DNA from: Prochlorococcus sp. AG-321-E21
GTDB lineage: Bacteria > Cyanobacteriota > Cyanobacteriia > PCC-6307 > Cyanobiaceae
Length of the DNA stretch: 64,000 nt
Direction: 5' to 3'
Assembly: GCA_003283415.1 (NCBI GenBank)
Contig: QBXH01000004.1
Location: forward strand, 2,777 to 66,776
The notes beneath the pieces were generated by a model. It searched no databases. It was not told the origin of the DNA and saw nothing but the letters and a program-made list of their open reading frames with translations. The translations under genes were made by a program, and so were the position numbers. Each line of letters starts with the position of its first letter. Position 1 is the stretch's first letter. This document shows, piece by piece, positions 50,799 through 61,505 of this stretch.

Positions 50799-51912
50799 GA
50801 AGTTCTAAATAAAATATGTTTTTCTTTTTAAGAGCATTTAATTCTTCATAATTATCTTTCATAGAATTTTCTACTAAGTTTAAATTTCCTCCAATTTGTT
50901 TAGCTAATTTTCTCGCTAAAAAAAGTCCTACTCCAGTACCCTCTTTTTTCTTTGAAGCTAAGCCTCTGAAACCTTTTTGAAAAATTTTCTCATTTTCATT
51001 TATTGTTATTTTGTTTCCATCATCAAAAATACATAGTCCTTTTGAAGTAATAAAGATACCAATTTCTGCATCCTTATTAGCGTACTTAAAAGCATTTTCT
51101 AATAAATTTGCAACAATTTCAGCAATAACTGTAAATCTCGGCTTAATAGCTTTTAAGGTCCATTCTGGCCAGCAATCAGGTTGAATCCAAGCTCTATTTT
51201 CTAATTTTGCATTAGCATCTCCTCTTTCCAAAATAGGCAGCAGAAGGTCTTTAATAGTTATTTTTTTTTCGTTATCTAAATTTGGAGGTAACAATAATCT
51301 TTCTTCTCCAATATCTAAAAGAAGTTTGATTGGTTTATTTAATTGTTCAAAAGAATCAACATATTGATTAATTTGGTTTTGCTCTACCATCATACTTTCA
51401 ACAATTTCTATAGAGCCAGCATCAGATCCAAGTCTTTTAACTAATAATTTTGCATATGTTCTTATAGCAGCCAATGGATTTCTCAATTGATGGATTACAA
51501 TGTCAACTTGGTTTTTTAAGGTATTTATTTCTTCTTTATTAGTTTGTCTTTCTAGTTCAATTGAAACACATTTTGCTAAAGATATTGAAAGGGCTTTCAA
51601 CCTAGAATCAAGAATCAATGGCCAACTAGCATTTTTTAAATCAGTTTCAACTCTCAGAACCCCAAGTAAAATATCTTTTTCTTGAAGAGGATACCATCTT
51701 CTATTAGGCGATGAGACTTTTAATATTGGATCATCTTCTATGGATACTAATAATCTATCAACCTGTGGCCATTGGGCAATCATTTCAAATATTGCTTTAG
51801 AACCTTCTTTGGCAGATGCAAGGTATATAACTAAATGAGTTACTCCCATAGAACAACCAAAACTTTCTAGTTGTTTTGATGTTAGATCTTCAAATTCTTG
51901 GGAAATCTCCAT
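50776..51912 (-). CDS. Sensor histidine kinase (Hik2/CSK-like)
   Basis: HQLRNPL H-box, NLLENAFKY, GTGVGL; GAF-like N-terminus. Confidence 0.88.
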   Translation of the reverse strand: MEISQEFEDLTSKQLESFGCSMGVTHLVIYLASAKEGSKAIFEMIAQWPQVDRLLVSIEDDPILKVSSPNRRWYPLQEKDILLGVLRVETDLKNASWPLILDSRLKALSISLAKCVSIELERQTNKEEINTLKNQVDIVIHQLRNPLAAIRTYAKLLVKRLGSDAGSIEIVESMMVEQNQINQYVDSFEQLNKPIKLLLDIGEERLLLPPNLDNEKKITIKDLLLPILERGDANAKLENRAWIQPDCWPEWTLKAIKPRFTVIAEIVANLLENAFKYANKDAEIGIFITSKGLCIFDDGNKITINENEKIFQKGFRGLASKKKEGTGVGLFLARKLAKQIGGNLNLVENSMKDNYEELNALKKKNIFYLELPIKQLHE

Positions 51913-52165
51913 GATAAATGATTTATTGAATAAGATTTTGAGAAAACTTGAAAAAAACTTGTAAAATCTGAAAAAAGTATTAAGATAGATAGAGAGGCCT
52001 GACTTATTTCAGCCTTAAATATGAACAATTGTCCATATTTATATGCTACATCAGAGGTTGATGGGTCCTCTATGTAATTCATGTGAATTTAAAGTCACAA
52101 ATATAAGATTAGTAAAATTTAATAAGACTAATCCATGTTATAAAGATTTTTGGGAGTACCAATCA

Positions 52166-52534
52166 ATGTCTAAAAAAAGAAAGAGAATCAGTAGAAGAAG
52201 ACTTGCGGGTCAAAGAGTTATGGCGCATGTACCTATTTATCATATCGAAACAGGTAACCATAAGCCAGTGACTGCGGCAAGGCGATTTATAGCAGAAAAT
52301 GCATTATCAGCTCCCACAGTTTTCAATGTACGAAGAAATGAGCATACTACTGATAGATTCTTCTGGGGAGAAAAAGGATTATTTAGTGCTCAATATGCTG
52401 AAGAAAATCATTTTTTATTCCCTTCTCTTAAAGTTGTAGTTGAAGGTATTGGGGAAGAAAAAATATTTGAAGGGTTAGAACTTACTGCAGATGATTGGGA
52501 AGAAATTGAAGAATACGAATATGCTTTCGTTTAA
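52166..52534 (+). CDS. Conserved cyanobacterial protein (DUF3155-like)
   Basis: KPVTAARRFI, RRNEHTTDRFFWGEKGLFSAQY; likely start is ATG 52166. Confidence 0.8.
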   Translation: MSKKRKRISRRRLAGQRVMAHVPIYHIETGNHKPVTAARRFIAENALSAPTVFNVRRNEHTTDRFFWGEKGLFSAQYAEENHFLFPSLKVVVEGIGEEKIFEGLELTADDWEEIEEYEYAFV

Positions 52535-53148
52535 AATAATTCTTTAATTTTTAAAATTATCGCGCTAATGAAGTTAGGGTCAATTTGGTGGTTACCTTCA
52601 AATTGATTTAACAAACAAATATTATTGGAAATATTTTTAATTTTTTGATAAATATTTTTAGATGCCGATATTGGTACCACCTCATCCCTAAAGCCATGAC
52701 TTATTAAAACTGGAGGACAATTTTTTTTTGGTGTCCAGTTAGGGTGAGGATATCCACTACAAGAAATAATTAAACCCATATCCAATTGACATCCTGCATC
52801 AATTGCCATTGCTGCCCCTTGAGAAAAGCCTAACAAAATAGTTTTTTTTAGAGGAATATTGAGTGTATCTAATTTCCTAAGAGTTGATACAAGCTTTTTT
52901 ACTTCATTCTCTGCTTCATTCCAATCAGGAGGGTATAAACTGTACCATTGCCTTCCTGTATTATTAGGATGCAAGTCTGGAGCTCTCAGCGATATAACTT
53001 CAAAATCAACCTTAGATATTTCTATAATTTCCTGACCTATTGATAAAAGATCATCTGCATCAGCCCCCCAACCATGAATCAAAATAATTCTATGTTTTGC
53101 ACTTTGAGAGCTTATCGAAACAAATTCATGATTGATATCGTATTTCAT
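52531..53148 (-). CDS. Alpha/beta hydrolase (carboxylesterase/phospholipase family)
   Basis: HGWG, GFSQG, HG..D.VVP. Confidence 0.92.
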   Translation of the reverse strand: MKYDINHEFVSISSQSAKHRIILIHGWGADADDLLSIGQEIIEISKVDFEVISLRAPDLHPNNTGRQWYSLYPPDWNEAENEVKKLVSTLRKLDTLNIPLKKTILLGFSQGAAMAIDAGCQLDMGLIISCSGYPHPNWTPKKNCPPVLISHGFRDEVVPISASKNIYQKIKNISNNICLLNQFEGNHQIDPNFISAIILKIKELF

Positions 53149-53181
53149 GGTTATATTCTTAAGTAATCAAATTTTTTTGTA

Positions 53182-54735
53182 ATGTCACCATTAGCTTTAA
53201 TAAGTGTTTCTGATAAAACAAATATCATTCCATTTTGTAAGGATTTAGTCGAAAAATATGGTTATAAAATTCTATCAAGTGGTGGGACCGCCAAGCACTT
53301 GATAGATGCAAATATTCCTGTTATTAAAGTTGCAGATTTTACAAATTCTCAAGAAATTCTTGATGGGAGAGTTAAAACTTTACATCCAAAAATACATGGG
53401 GGAATTCTTGCTAAAAGGTCTAACGATAAGCATCAAAAAGAAATAGAAGTAAACAAATTCGAATTAATTGATTTAGTGGTTGTAAATTTGTATCCCTTTA
53501 AGAAAAAAGTTGAAGAGAAATGTTCTTGGGAAGAAGCAATTGAGAATATTGATATAGGTGGTCCATCTATGATTCGTTCTGCAGCTAAAAATCATTCTGA
53601 CGTAGCAGTCTTAGTAGATCCGAATCAATACGAAGATTATATTGAAGAGATAAAAAAAGGACCTCTTAACAAAGAATTCAAAACTAAACTAGCATTTGAG
53701 GCTTTTCAACATACTGCTAGTTATGACAATGCAATATCTAATTGGATGAGTAAGGAAAAGGAGTTAATCCCATCAACTTTCGTAGAATCATTTCCGCTAA
53801 TAAAACAATTAAGATATGGAGAAAATCCACATCAAAAAGCATTATGGTATGGATCAAATGAAATTGGATGGCACTCAGCAGAACAACTGCAAGGCAAAGA
53901 GTTAAGCTATAATAACCTACTTGATCTTGAATCAGCTTTTTCAACTGTAATAGAATTTGGCTACGAAGAGCAACTTAGCTTTGAAACAAAATCAGTCGCA
54001 GCAATTATCTTAAAACATAACAATCCTTGTGGGGCTGCGATTAGTAGTTCAGCATCTAATTCTTTCAAGAACGCATTAAAATGCGATTCAGTAAGTGCCT
54101 TTGGAGGCATAGTTGCATTCAATGCCAATGTTGATAAGGAGGCTGCTCTAAATCTTAAAGACTTATTTTTAGAATGCGTAGTAGCACCATCCTTTGACGA
54201 AGAAGCATTAGAAACCTTCAAAACTAAAAAAAATTTAAGGGTTTTAAAATTACCTAAAGATTCCTTGCCAAAAAGAAATCAAACTTCTTCTAAGTCAATT
54301 ATGGGTGGAATACTTATACAAGATTCTGACAATCAGGAAAATAACGAAGATTCTTGGATTTCAGTAACAAAAAATACTCCAAGCACTCAAGATTATTTAG
54401 ATTTGATATTTGCCTGGAAAATTTGTAAACACGTTAAATCTAATGCCATTGTTATTGCAAAAAATCAACAAACTCTTGGAATAGGAGCTGGGCAAATGAA
54501 TAGAGTTGGTGCTTCAAAAATAGCATTACAAGCTGCTAAAGAAAATGGTTCTGGAGGTGTTTTAGCAAGCGATGGTTTCTTCCCATTTGCAGATACAGTA
54601 GAGCTTGCTAATCAATATGGTATAACCTCAATAATTCAGCCGGGAGGAAGTATAAGGGATGAAGAAAGTATAGATATGTGCAATTCAAAGGGGATTTCTA
54701 TGCTATTTACAAAGAAGAGACATTTTCTACACTAA
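53182..54735 (+). CDS. purH: AICAR transformylase/IMP cyclohydrolase
   Basis: ALISVSDK, GRVKTLHP, LRYGENPHQ, ASDGFFPF. Confidence 0.99.
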   Translation: MSPLALISVSDKTNIIPFCKDLVEKYGYKILSSGGTAKHLIDANIPVIKVADFTNSQEILDGRVKTLHPKIHGGILAKRSNDKHQKEIEVNKFELIDLVVVNLYPFKKKVEEKCSWEEAIENIDIGGPSMIRSAAKNHSDVAVLVDPNQYEDYIEEIKKGPLNKEFKTKLAFEAFQHTASYDNAISNWMSKEKELIPSTFVESFPLIKQLRYGENPHQKALWYGSNEIGWHSAEQLQGKELSYNNLLDLESAFSTVIEFGYEEQLSFETKSVAAIILKHNNPCGAAISSSASNSFKNALKCDSVSAFGGIVAFNANVDKEAALNLKDLFLECVVAPSFDEEALETFKTKKNLRVLKLPKDSLPKRNQTSSKSIMGGILIQDSDNQENNEDSWISVTKNTPSTQDYLDLIFAWKICKHVKSNAIVIAKNQQTLGIGAGQMNRVGASKIALQAAKENGSGGVLASDGFFPFADTVELANQYGITSIIQPGGSIRDEESIDMCNSKGISMLFTKKRHFLH

Positions 54736-54736
54736 A

Positions 54737-55297
54737 TTAATTTGTTTTTGGATAATAAGTGATTTTGTTTGTCTTACGAAGAAGGGCTAACCTGCCTGGT
54801 CCTGCACATAAAAAATAAAGAGAGATAGCCCCATATATAAAAGAAAGCTCAAAAGCATAATTATGACCTTCAACTACTGCTAAAGGAAATCCCTCTAAAC
54901 CTGTATCTAAAAGGTGAAAATAAACAGCAAATGCCATAGTAGAGAAAAGTCCAAGAGAGCTAAGTCTTGCAAAGATTCCTAATGCTAATCCTACTGGGCA
55001 TACTAATTGAGTAATAGCGGCTCCATAGGTCCAAAGAACAGGATCACCGGGTAAAAACGGAAAATATTTACCTACAACAAATTCCCCAAAGCCTTGAGGA
55101 TCTTGAAGCTTTTCCAAGCCATGATGAATCATCAAAACACTAAAGCCAATCCTTAAAATAAAAATAGATAATTCTCCTAATATGTTGACCTCTAAATTTG
55201 AGGAGGGATTAGCCACAACCACCTCTACCTTTTGAGGAGCCTTTGAAGCATTCATTTTGGCTGTTTGATCTTGATTAGATTGTGTTGTGTCTTCCAT
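54737..55297 (-). CDS. DoxX-family membrane protein
   Basis: LR...HHGLEKL, four TM helices, GPGR. Confidence 0.85.
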   Translation of the reverse strand: MEDTTQSNQDQTAKMNASKAPQKVEVVVANPSSNLEVNILGELSIFILRIGFSVLMIHHGLEKLQDPQGFGEFVVGKYFPFLPGDPVLWTYGAAITQLVCPVGLALGIFARLSSLGLFSTMAFAVYFHLLDTGLEGFPLAVVEGHNYAFELSFIYGAISLYFLCAGPGRLALLRKTNKITYYPKTN

Positions 55298-55391
55298 ACT
55301 TCAAATAATTTTTAGTTATTCTAGATAATAACGTAGATCTTTAGGTGATATGTATTTAATAAAGTTAAAAATTATGCTGAAAAATTAATAT

Positions 55392-56588
55392 TTATTTAGT
55401 TATAGCAATTAACTTTTCAATGACATCAGCGACTACCTTGTCAGGAGTTGAGGCTCCAGATGTAATACCTACAGTAACTTCACCATCTGGAATAAAATTC
55501 TTTTTCAAACTCAATTCAGATTCTAGAGGTTTATGACAAATTGAATTATTCTCAACAGAAATTCTATCTGAAATATCAATATGAAAAGATTCAATATTAT
55601 TAGTTATTGCTATTTCCTGTAAATGGGTCGTATTTGAAGAATTAAACCCTCCAATAACTACAAGAATATCCAGATCTTCATCAACTAAAGAAAACATCGC
55701 ATCTTGTCTTTCTTCTGTCGCATCGCAAATAGTATTAAAAGCTAAAAAATGATCATTAATTTTTGCAGGGCCATATTTAGTTAACAAGGTTTTTTCAAAA
55801 AGCTTCCCAATTTCCTCTGTTTCACTTTTAAGCATTGTCGTTTGATTTGCAACTCCTATTCTCTCAAGATGTATATCTGGATCAAATCCATTTGAACAGG
55901 CTTTTGAAAACTTCTTCATGAATTGATTTTTATCACCATTTCCTTGAATGTAGTTTGATACATATTCGGCCTCAGCTAAGTCAAAAACGACTAAGTAATC
56001 TCCTGCAAATGATCTAGTGGCAAGAGTTTCCTCATGTTTATATTTACCATGGATAATAGAGGTAAAAATATGTTTTTTATGCTTCTCAACAGTATGCCAA
56101 ACTTTAGAAACCCAAGGGCAAGTGGTATCAATTATCTGACATTTTTTTTCATGAAGTAATTGCATCTCTTGAACTGTAGCTCCAAAAGCAGGAAGAATAA
56201 CAACATCTCCAGTTGAGACAGAGGAAAAATCCTTTATCCCATTTTTTGTAGAAATTATTTTTACATTCATCCTGCTTAAATGATTATTAACCGATGGATT
56301 ATGAATAATTTCATTCGTCATCCAAATACCCTCATTAGGGTAATGTCTTCTAGTTTCATAGGCCATTGCTACTGCTCTCTCAACACCCCAACAAAAACCA
56401 AAAGATTTAGCGAGTTTTATTTTTAACCTACCTTCTTCAAAACTAAAATCATTTTCTCTTATTGATCCTATTAAATCACTTTGATAAGAATCACCTAAAG
56501 CCTTGGCACGTTTAGTAGGCGATTCAAAACCTTTACGGTTATACCTCCCCGAATGTTGTATGGCATGTTTTACTGCTTGAGTATCCAT
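55392..56588 (-). CDS. ispH: HMBPP reductase
   Basis: [32 protein letters not shown]. Confidence 0.98.
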   Translation of the reverse strand: MDTQAVKHAIQHSGRYNRKGFESPTKRAKALGDSYQSDLIGSIRENDFSFEEGRLKIKLAKSFGFCWGVERAVAMAYETRRHYPNEGIWMTNEIIHNPSVNNHLSRMNVKIISTKNGIKDFSSVSTGDVVILPAFGATVQEMQLLHEKKCQIIDTTCPWVSKVWHTVEKHKKHIFTSIIHGKYKHEETLATRSFAGDYLVVFDLAEAEYVSNYIQGNGDKNQFMKKFSKACSNGFDPDIHLERIGVANQTTMLKSETEEIGKLFEKTLLTKYGPAKINDHFLAFNTICDATEERQDAMFSLVDEDLDILVVIGGFNSSNTTHLQEIAITNNIESFHIDISDRISVENNSICHKPLESELSLKKNFIPDGEVTVGITSGASTPDKVVADVIEKLIAITK

Positions 56589-56622
56589 AACTAAATATTA
56601 CATCATTTGAAATTATTTTTTG

Positions 56623-56658
56623 CAAAAAAAAAAGAAACCTGACATAAGTCAAGTTTCT
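56623..56658 (-). terminator. Intrinsic terminator after amt1
   Basis: AGAAACCTGAC-ATAA-GTCAAGTTTCT hairpin with long minus-strand T-tract. Confidence 0.75.
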
Positions 56659-56679
56659 GATTTTATATCTTAGTTTAGT

Positions 56680-58140
56680 TTATTTTGCAGAGGCAAAGTC
56701 TGGATATGCTTCCATACCATGCTCTCCAATATCTAAACCTTGAGTCTCTTCTTCTTCAGATACACGAATTCCTCCGAATAATCCTCCGATAACAGACCAA
56801 GCAATCCAGCAAGTAACAAGTGTCCAGATAGCATAAGCTGCTGCACCTAAAGCTTGAACAAGAAGTAGATTAATACCACCACCATTGAACAAACCCATAC
56901 CAGCTCCATCACCTTGGACTGCAGTTCCCCAAAGACCAATTACTAGGGTACCCCATACGCCACAAACTCCATGAACAGAGAATGCACCAACAGGATCGTC
57001 GATTTCAGCTGCATCTAGTGCCGCAACAGAGAATACAACGATAATACCGCCAACTAGTCCAGCGAACCAAGCACCTGCAAGTGTCATGTCACCACAACCA
57101 GCAGTAATACTTACTAAACCAGCAAGAATACCATTAATGATCATTGTAAGATCAGGCTTTCCTGAAGTTAAAGTAGAAACAATAGTTGCTCCAATAGCAC
57201 CAGCTGCAGCTGCAAGAGTTGTTGTTACAGCAACATATGGCACCCATTGATCCATAGCAAGTTGAGAACCAGGATTAAATCCATACCAACCTATCCATAG
57301 AACCAAAGCACCCAATGTAGCAATAGCCATATTGTGCCCAGGCATAGCTTGTGTTTTGCCATCTTTAAATTTACCGATTCTTGGTCCAAGAAGCATTGCG
57401 CCGACTAAACCTGCCCATGCACCAACTGAGTGAACAATTGAAGAACCAGCAAAGTCAACAAAACCTAGAGAATCAAGCCAACCACCATTCCATTTCCAGC
57501 TACCTGCGACAGGGTAAATAAATGCTGTTAATACTATTGCAAAAACAACAAATTCTCCAAATTTTACTCTTTCGGCAACAAGACCAGAGACTATTGTAGC
57601 TGCAGTACCTGCGAAAGCAGACTGGAATAAGAAATCGACTGTTGGAACTAATCCAGCATCAGTAACCATATCAGCAGTTACTGTTGGATCAAAAAATAGG
57701 CCTCCAAAATATAGCCATCCATCAGCAACACTTCCACCGTACATAAGTGAATAGCCAATAAACCAATAAGAGGTTACAGCTAAAGCAAATACGAAAAGGT
57801 TTTTAGCAAGAATGTTGACGGCGTTTTTAGACCGACACATACCTGCTTCAACCATAGCGAAGCCGGCGTTCATGAAGATCACTAAGATAGTTGCGATCAA
57901 AAGCCATAAATTGTTAGCAAGAAAAGCTGCATTCAGCTCAGGTAAATCAGCTGCATGAGCTGAAAGATTAAAAATACCTAAACCAAACAAAGCTAGAGGA
58001 ACAGTTGCAAGCCACATCATTGAGCGGTTTGAACTAAATCCTCGAATACTCCTCAAAAGGAGCATAGGTCCGTTAACAAGACTTGCATCTTGAAGCTTGG
58101 ACCTAGAGCGCCTTTGAGGCGTTTGCAAAGCAGTGGTCAT
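56680..58140 (-). CDS. amt1: Ammonium transporter
   Basis: DFAGSSIVH, GWYGFN, DDPVGAFSVHG; start at ATG 58140. Confidence 0.98.
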   Translation of the reverse strand: MTTALQTPQRRSRSKLQDASLVNGPMLLLRSIRGFSSNRSMMWLATVPLALFGLGIFNLSAHAADLPELNAAFLANNLWLLIATILVIFMNAGFAMVEAGMCRSKNAVNILAKNLFVFALAVTSYWFIGYSLMYGGSVADGWLYFGGLFFDPTVTADMVTDAGLVPTVDFLFQSAFAGTAATIVSGLVAERVKFGEFVVFAIVLTAFIYPVAGSWKWNGGWLDSLGFVDFAGSSIVHSVGAWAGLVGAMLLGPRIGKFKDGKTQAMPGHNMAIATLGALVLWIGWYGFNPGSQLAMDQWVPYVAVTTTLAAAAGAIGATIVSTLTSGKPDLTMIINGILAGLVSITAGCGDMTLAGAWFAGLVGGIIVVFSVAALDAAEIDDPVGAFSVHGVCGVWGTLVIGLWGTAVQGDGAGMGLFNGGGINLLLVQALGAAAYAIWTLVTCWIAWSVIGGLFGGIRVSEEEETQGLDIGEHGMEAYPDFASAK

Positions 58141-58223
58141 AAATAAAAAATTAGTCTGCAAAAAAACAGGAGGTCCTGTTTCCTTTCATATATAATTTTG
58201 CTCAGAAAACTTATGAATGTCTA

Positions 58224-58237
58224 GTATTAGTTTATAC
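58224..58237. promoter_or_regulatory. NtcA-binding site upstream of amt1
   Basis: GTA-TTAGTTTA-TAC matches GTA-N8-TAC, about 84 bp upstream of amt1. Confidence 0.8.
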
Positions 58238-58313
58238 CGATTTAATAGTTGCGCACTAAAAATTTTTGTTAAATTTAGTTATTTTTTTCTAAATTAAATC
58301 AAGCTCACCAAAA

Positions 58314-59060
58314 TTAATTTAATTTCAAGGATTTAAATCCGTTCCAAGCAACATGATCTGAATGAAACTCAAAACAGCATGGCACTAATAACATCCCTGC
58401 ACTAATTGATTCTCTAAAAAGCTTTCCATACAATGGATCTGATTCATCTCCTGGGGCAAAATAATCTATATCTTTTCTTGTAATGCATGGAACTAAAACA
58501 CTTTTACTTTCAGGAATTAAGCCTTTTAATTCTATTAAATGTTTTTGTCCTCTTTTCGTCTCCGTATCAGGGAAAAGAGCTACATTATTTTTTGTCCAAG
58601 TTGTATTTTTAACCTCAACATAAATGTTACGATTATCAGGATTTGAAGATTTTGGAGTTAAAAGAAAATCAATTCTACTTTTTTTATCTTTGCCATAAGG
58701 GACTTCAGACTTAATTTTAGCTATCTCCCCGAGTTTATCTTTGAATAAGTTTTGTTCAATAACTTTTCTAATTAATTTATTTGCAAATAATGTATTTATT
58801 CCAACCCAAACCTCTTTGTTATCACTTCCCAATACTTTTACTTGTTCCCAAGTCCAGGGTAGTTTTCTTGTAGTTGATGAAGAAAAGCTAATTCTTACCT
58901 TAGCTCCTTCGTTTAAAAGACCCTTCATTGGTCCTGTATTCGCACAATGAGCAGTGACTATTTCTCCATTATCAATCTGAATATCTGCAAGAAATCTTTT
59001 GTATCTTTTAATTAAAATACCTTCAATTAATGGTTCAAATTCTATTATTCGATCATTCAT
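58314..59060 (-). CDS. sfsA: Sugar fermentation stimulation protein A (nuclease fold)
   Basis: [35 protein letters not shown]. Confidence 0.95.
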   Translation of the reverse strand: MNDRIIEFEPLIEGILIKRYKRFLADIQIDNGEIVTAHCANTGPMKGLLNEGAKVRISFSSSTTRKLPWTWEQVKVLGSDNKEVWVGINTLFANKLIRKVIEQNLFKDKLGEIAKIKSEVPYGKDKKSRIDFLLTPKSSNPDNRNIYVEVKNTTWTKNNVALFPDTETKRGQKHLIELKGLIPESKSVLVPCITRKDIDYFAPGDESDPLYGKLFRESISAGMLLVPCCFEFHSDHVAWNGFKSLKLN

Positions 59061-59133
59061 AAAGTGTGAAGTAGATTAAAAACAAAATATAATGGAATCT
59101 AAATCTTCTTGAAAAGATTTAAATCAAGATAAA

Positions 59134-60714
59134 ATGCATTCATATCTTAAAAATAATGTGGCTTCAATTTCGTTTGCCACATCCCTAAGTAAAGTTGCGG
59201 GTTTTATAAGACAAATATTTATTGCTGCAACTTTTGGAATTGGAATAACATACGATGCCTATAACTACGCCTACATAATCCCTGGTTTTTTACTTATAAT
59301 TATTGGTGGAATTAATGGCCCATTACATAATGCGGTTGTAGCGGTACTAACTCCACTTAAGAGGAGAGAGGGGCGAATTATCTTCACAAAAGTAGTAATT
59401 AAACTAACTTTGTTATTTTTTATCCTGGGAGTAGTTGTATATTTCAATTCGAGTTTTCTAATAAATTTTATAGCTCCAAATTTAAATGTTGAAGCTAAAT
59501 CTATAGCAACTTATCAATTAAGAATCCTAACTCCTTGTATTCCTCTTTCTGCTTTTATAGGTCTAAGTTTTGGAGCTTTAAATTCAAGAAATAAATTTTT
59601 CATGTCAAGCATCAGTCCAGCTTTAACAAGTCTGACAACAATTTTATTTATTTCAGCTAGTTGGATCTTCACTCACCAAAATACAAATTCTAATTATTTA
59701 TTTTATTCAGGATTACTAGCCAAAGCAACCTTAACAGGTACATGTATACAATTTGCTGTTCAGTGCTGGGAAATCAATAAGATCGGCTTATTTAGATTCG
59801 ATTCGGCTTGGCATGTATTTAAAAATGAAGAGAAAAGAATCTTCAACTTAATTGCTCCTGCAATAATTTCATCAGGAGTAGGGCAAATAAATGTTTTTGT
59901 TGATATGTTTTTTGCTTCAAGTTTTCAAGGTGCAGCATCGGGATTAGCCTACGGCAATTTTCTTATCCAAGCTCCACTTGGAGTCTTATCAAACGCTTTG
60001 ATCTTGCCACTACTTCCAAATTTTTCAAAATTCAATAGTAACAAAGAGATTAGAAATTTAGAAAAAGTTTTAATCTCAGGAATAGAATACTGTTTATTAA
60101 CAACTATTTTTTTAACTGGTTTTTTTATCACATTTAATAATCAAATAGTGCAATTTGTTTTTCAAAGAGGGGCTTTTAATTCCGAAGCTGTATTTTTAGT
60201 GAAAAATATTTTAATTGCCTATGCTGTTGGAATTCCCTTTTATCTATACAAAGATTTATTAGTTAGAACTTATTATGCAATTGAGAACCCAAAGTTACCC
60301 TTTAAATTGTCTCTTGCAGGCATAATACTAAATGTTTTTTTCGATTGGTTTCTAGTAGGGGCTCCAACTATTAATTTTGGAAACTTATCTCCTTATAATT
60401 TCGGTGTTATTGGAATAATACTTTCTTCAGGAATAGTTAACTTAATTATTTGCATTTTTCTTACTACAAACTTTAACATTTATGGAATCAATATCCCTAA
60501 AACTATTTTATTAAAAAAATTTGTTTTTATTTCATTAGCCTGTTTCATTTCAAGCACAATTTGCTATTCCGTTATCAAGGATATAAATGGATTCAATTCG
60601 AACATTTGGGATGTATTTTTGTTAGTTATGGGCTTTTTGGCTTTTTCGATAATTTATTTTTCGATAACCAAATTATTAGGAGTTAATAAATTAACTCCAT
60701 CAATCAAAATATGA
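59134..60714 (+). CDS. murJ: Lipid II flippase MurJ/MviN
   Basis: SKVAGFIRQ..AATFG, multi-TM, FQRGAF. Confidence 0.93.
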   Translation: MHSYLKNNVASISFATSLSKVAGFIRQIFIAATFGIGITYDAYNYAYIIPGFLLIIIGGINGPLHNAVVAVLTPLKRREGRIIFTKVVIKLTLLFFILGVVVYFNSSFLINFIAPNLNVEAKSIATYQLRILTPCIPLSAFIGLSFGALNSRNKFFMSSISPALTSLTTILFISASWIFTHQNTNSNYLFYSGLLAKATLTGTCIQFAVQCWEINKIGLFRFDSAWHVFKNEEKRIFNLIAPAIISSGVGQINVFVDMFFASSFQGAASGLAYGNFLIQAPLGVLSNALILPLLPNFSKFNSNKEIRNLEKVLISGIEYCLLTTIFLTGFFITFNNQIVQFVFQRGAFNSEAVFLVKNILIAYAVGIPFYLYKDLLVRTYYAIENPKLPFKLSLAGIILNVFFDWFLVGAPTINFGNLSPYNFGVIGIILSSGIVNLIICIFLTTNFNIYGINIPKTILLKKFVFISLACFISSTICYSVIKDINGFNSNIWDVFLLVMGFLAFSIIYFSITKLLGVNKLTPSIKI

Positions 60715-60721
60715 TTAGCAT

Positions 60722-61003
60722 TTACAAATTATCCAGTATTTCTTCTAACTCAAAAATTTGTGATGCAGTAATTAACTTAGATAAAAGAATTGTTTGATTT
60801 CCATCTCCGATTTTTACCTTAATTGCTTCTAAGCTTAATTTTGCAGCCTCATGACTATCTTTCTCTAAATTACTAATACATTCAAGGGCAAGATTTCTAG
60901 CTAAACCAGCATCTCCAAGATAAAGTTTCCATTTTTCTATTTTTATAAAAATTTTTTCTGAAATAATATTTTCTAGATCACTAATTTGCATCTGAGAATT
61001 CAT
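60722..61003 (-). CDS. Conserved hypothetical protein (DUF3181-like)
   Basis: I.EKIFI.I.KWKLYLGDA motif. Confidence 0.75.
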   Translation of the reverse strand: MNSQMQISDLENIISEKIFIKIEKWKLYLGDAGLARNLALECISNLEKDSHEAAKLSLEAIKVKIGDGNQTILLSKLITASQIFELEEILDNL

Positions 61004-61012
61004 AATTAAAAT

Positions 61013-61264
61013 TTAATTTGATTGTTTTTTATAGTCCTTTGGTTTTTTTATCACTACAAAAAGTAAATGTGATGAAAGGATCACTGCCCATGAGATTGCA
61101 AAATCATTAAAAAAACCTAAGTCATATTTAATCTCTTTAAACAGCCAAGTTCCACTTACAACAGCGGTAAATACCATACAATGAATTACAAAATTCACTA
61201 TTCGAGAGAAATGTTTGTAGGTGGGATCTTCTGAATCACCATTGCCATACCATTTAATCGGCAT
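61013..61264 (-). CDS. Small two-TM hypothetical protein
   Basis: MP.KW...DP.Y.....VNF..H followed by two hydrophobic segments. Confidence 0.75.
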   Translation of the reverse strand: MPIKWYGNGDSEDPTYKHFSRIVNFVIHCMVFTAVVSGTWLFKEIKYDLGFFNDFAISWAVILSSHLLFVVIKKPKDYKKQSN

Positions 61265-61354
61265 AATTATAAAATTTTTGATTGTTAATAATAGACAGTT
61301 TAACTAAAATCTAGTTGACTAAGAGACCCAGGACCAGAGATATTACATAAATAT

Positions 61355-61428
61355 GCGCCTGTAGCTCAGTGGATTAGAGCACCTGACTACGGATCAGGGT
61401 GTCGGGAGTTCGAATCTCTCCAGGCGCG
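61355..61428 (+). tRNA. tRNA-Arg(ACG)
   Basis: Cloverleaf; anticodon arm CCTGA-CTACGGA-TCAGG. Confidence 0.97.
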
Positions 61429-61505
61429 TAAAAATTATGAAATATTTTTTTTATATTTTCTTTTAAAATATCGTTTATATTAAATTAAAAGTTTTCTTTG
61501 TTTTA

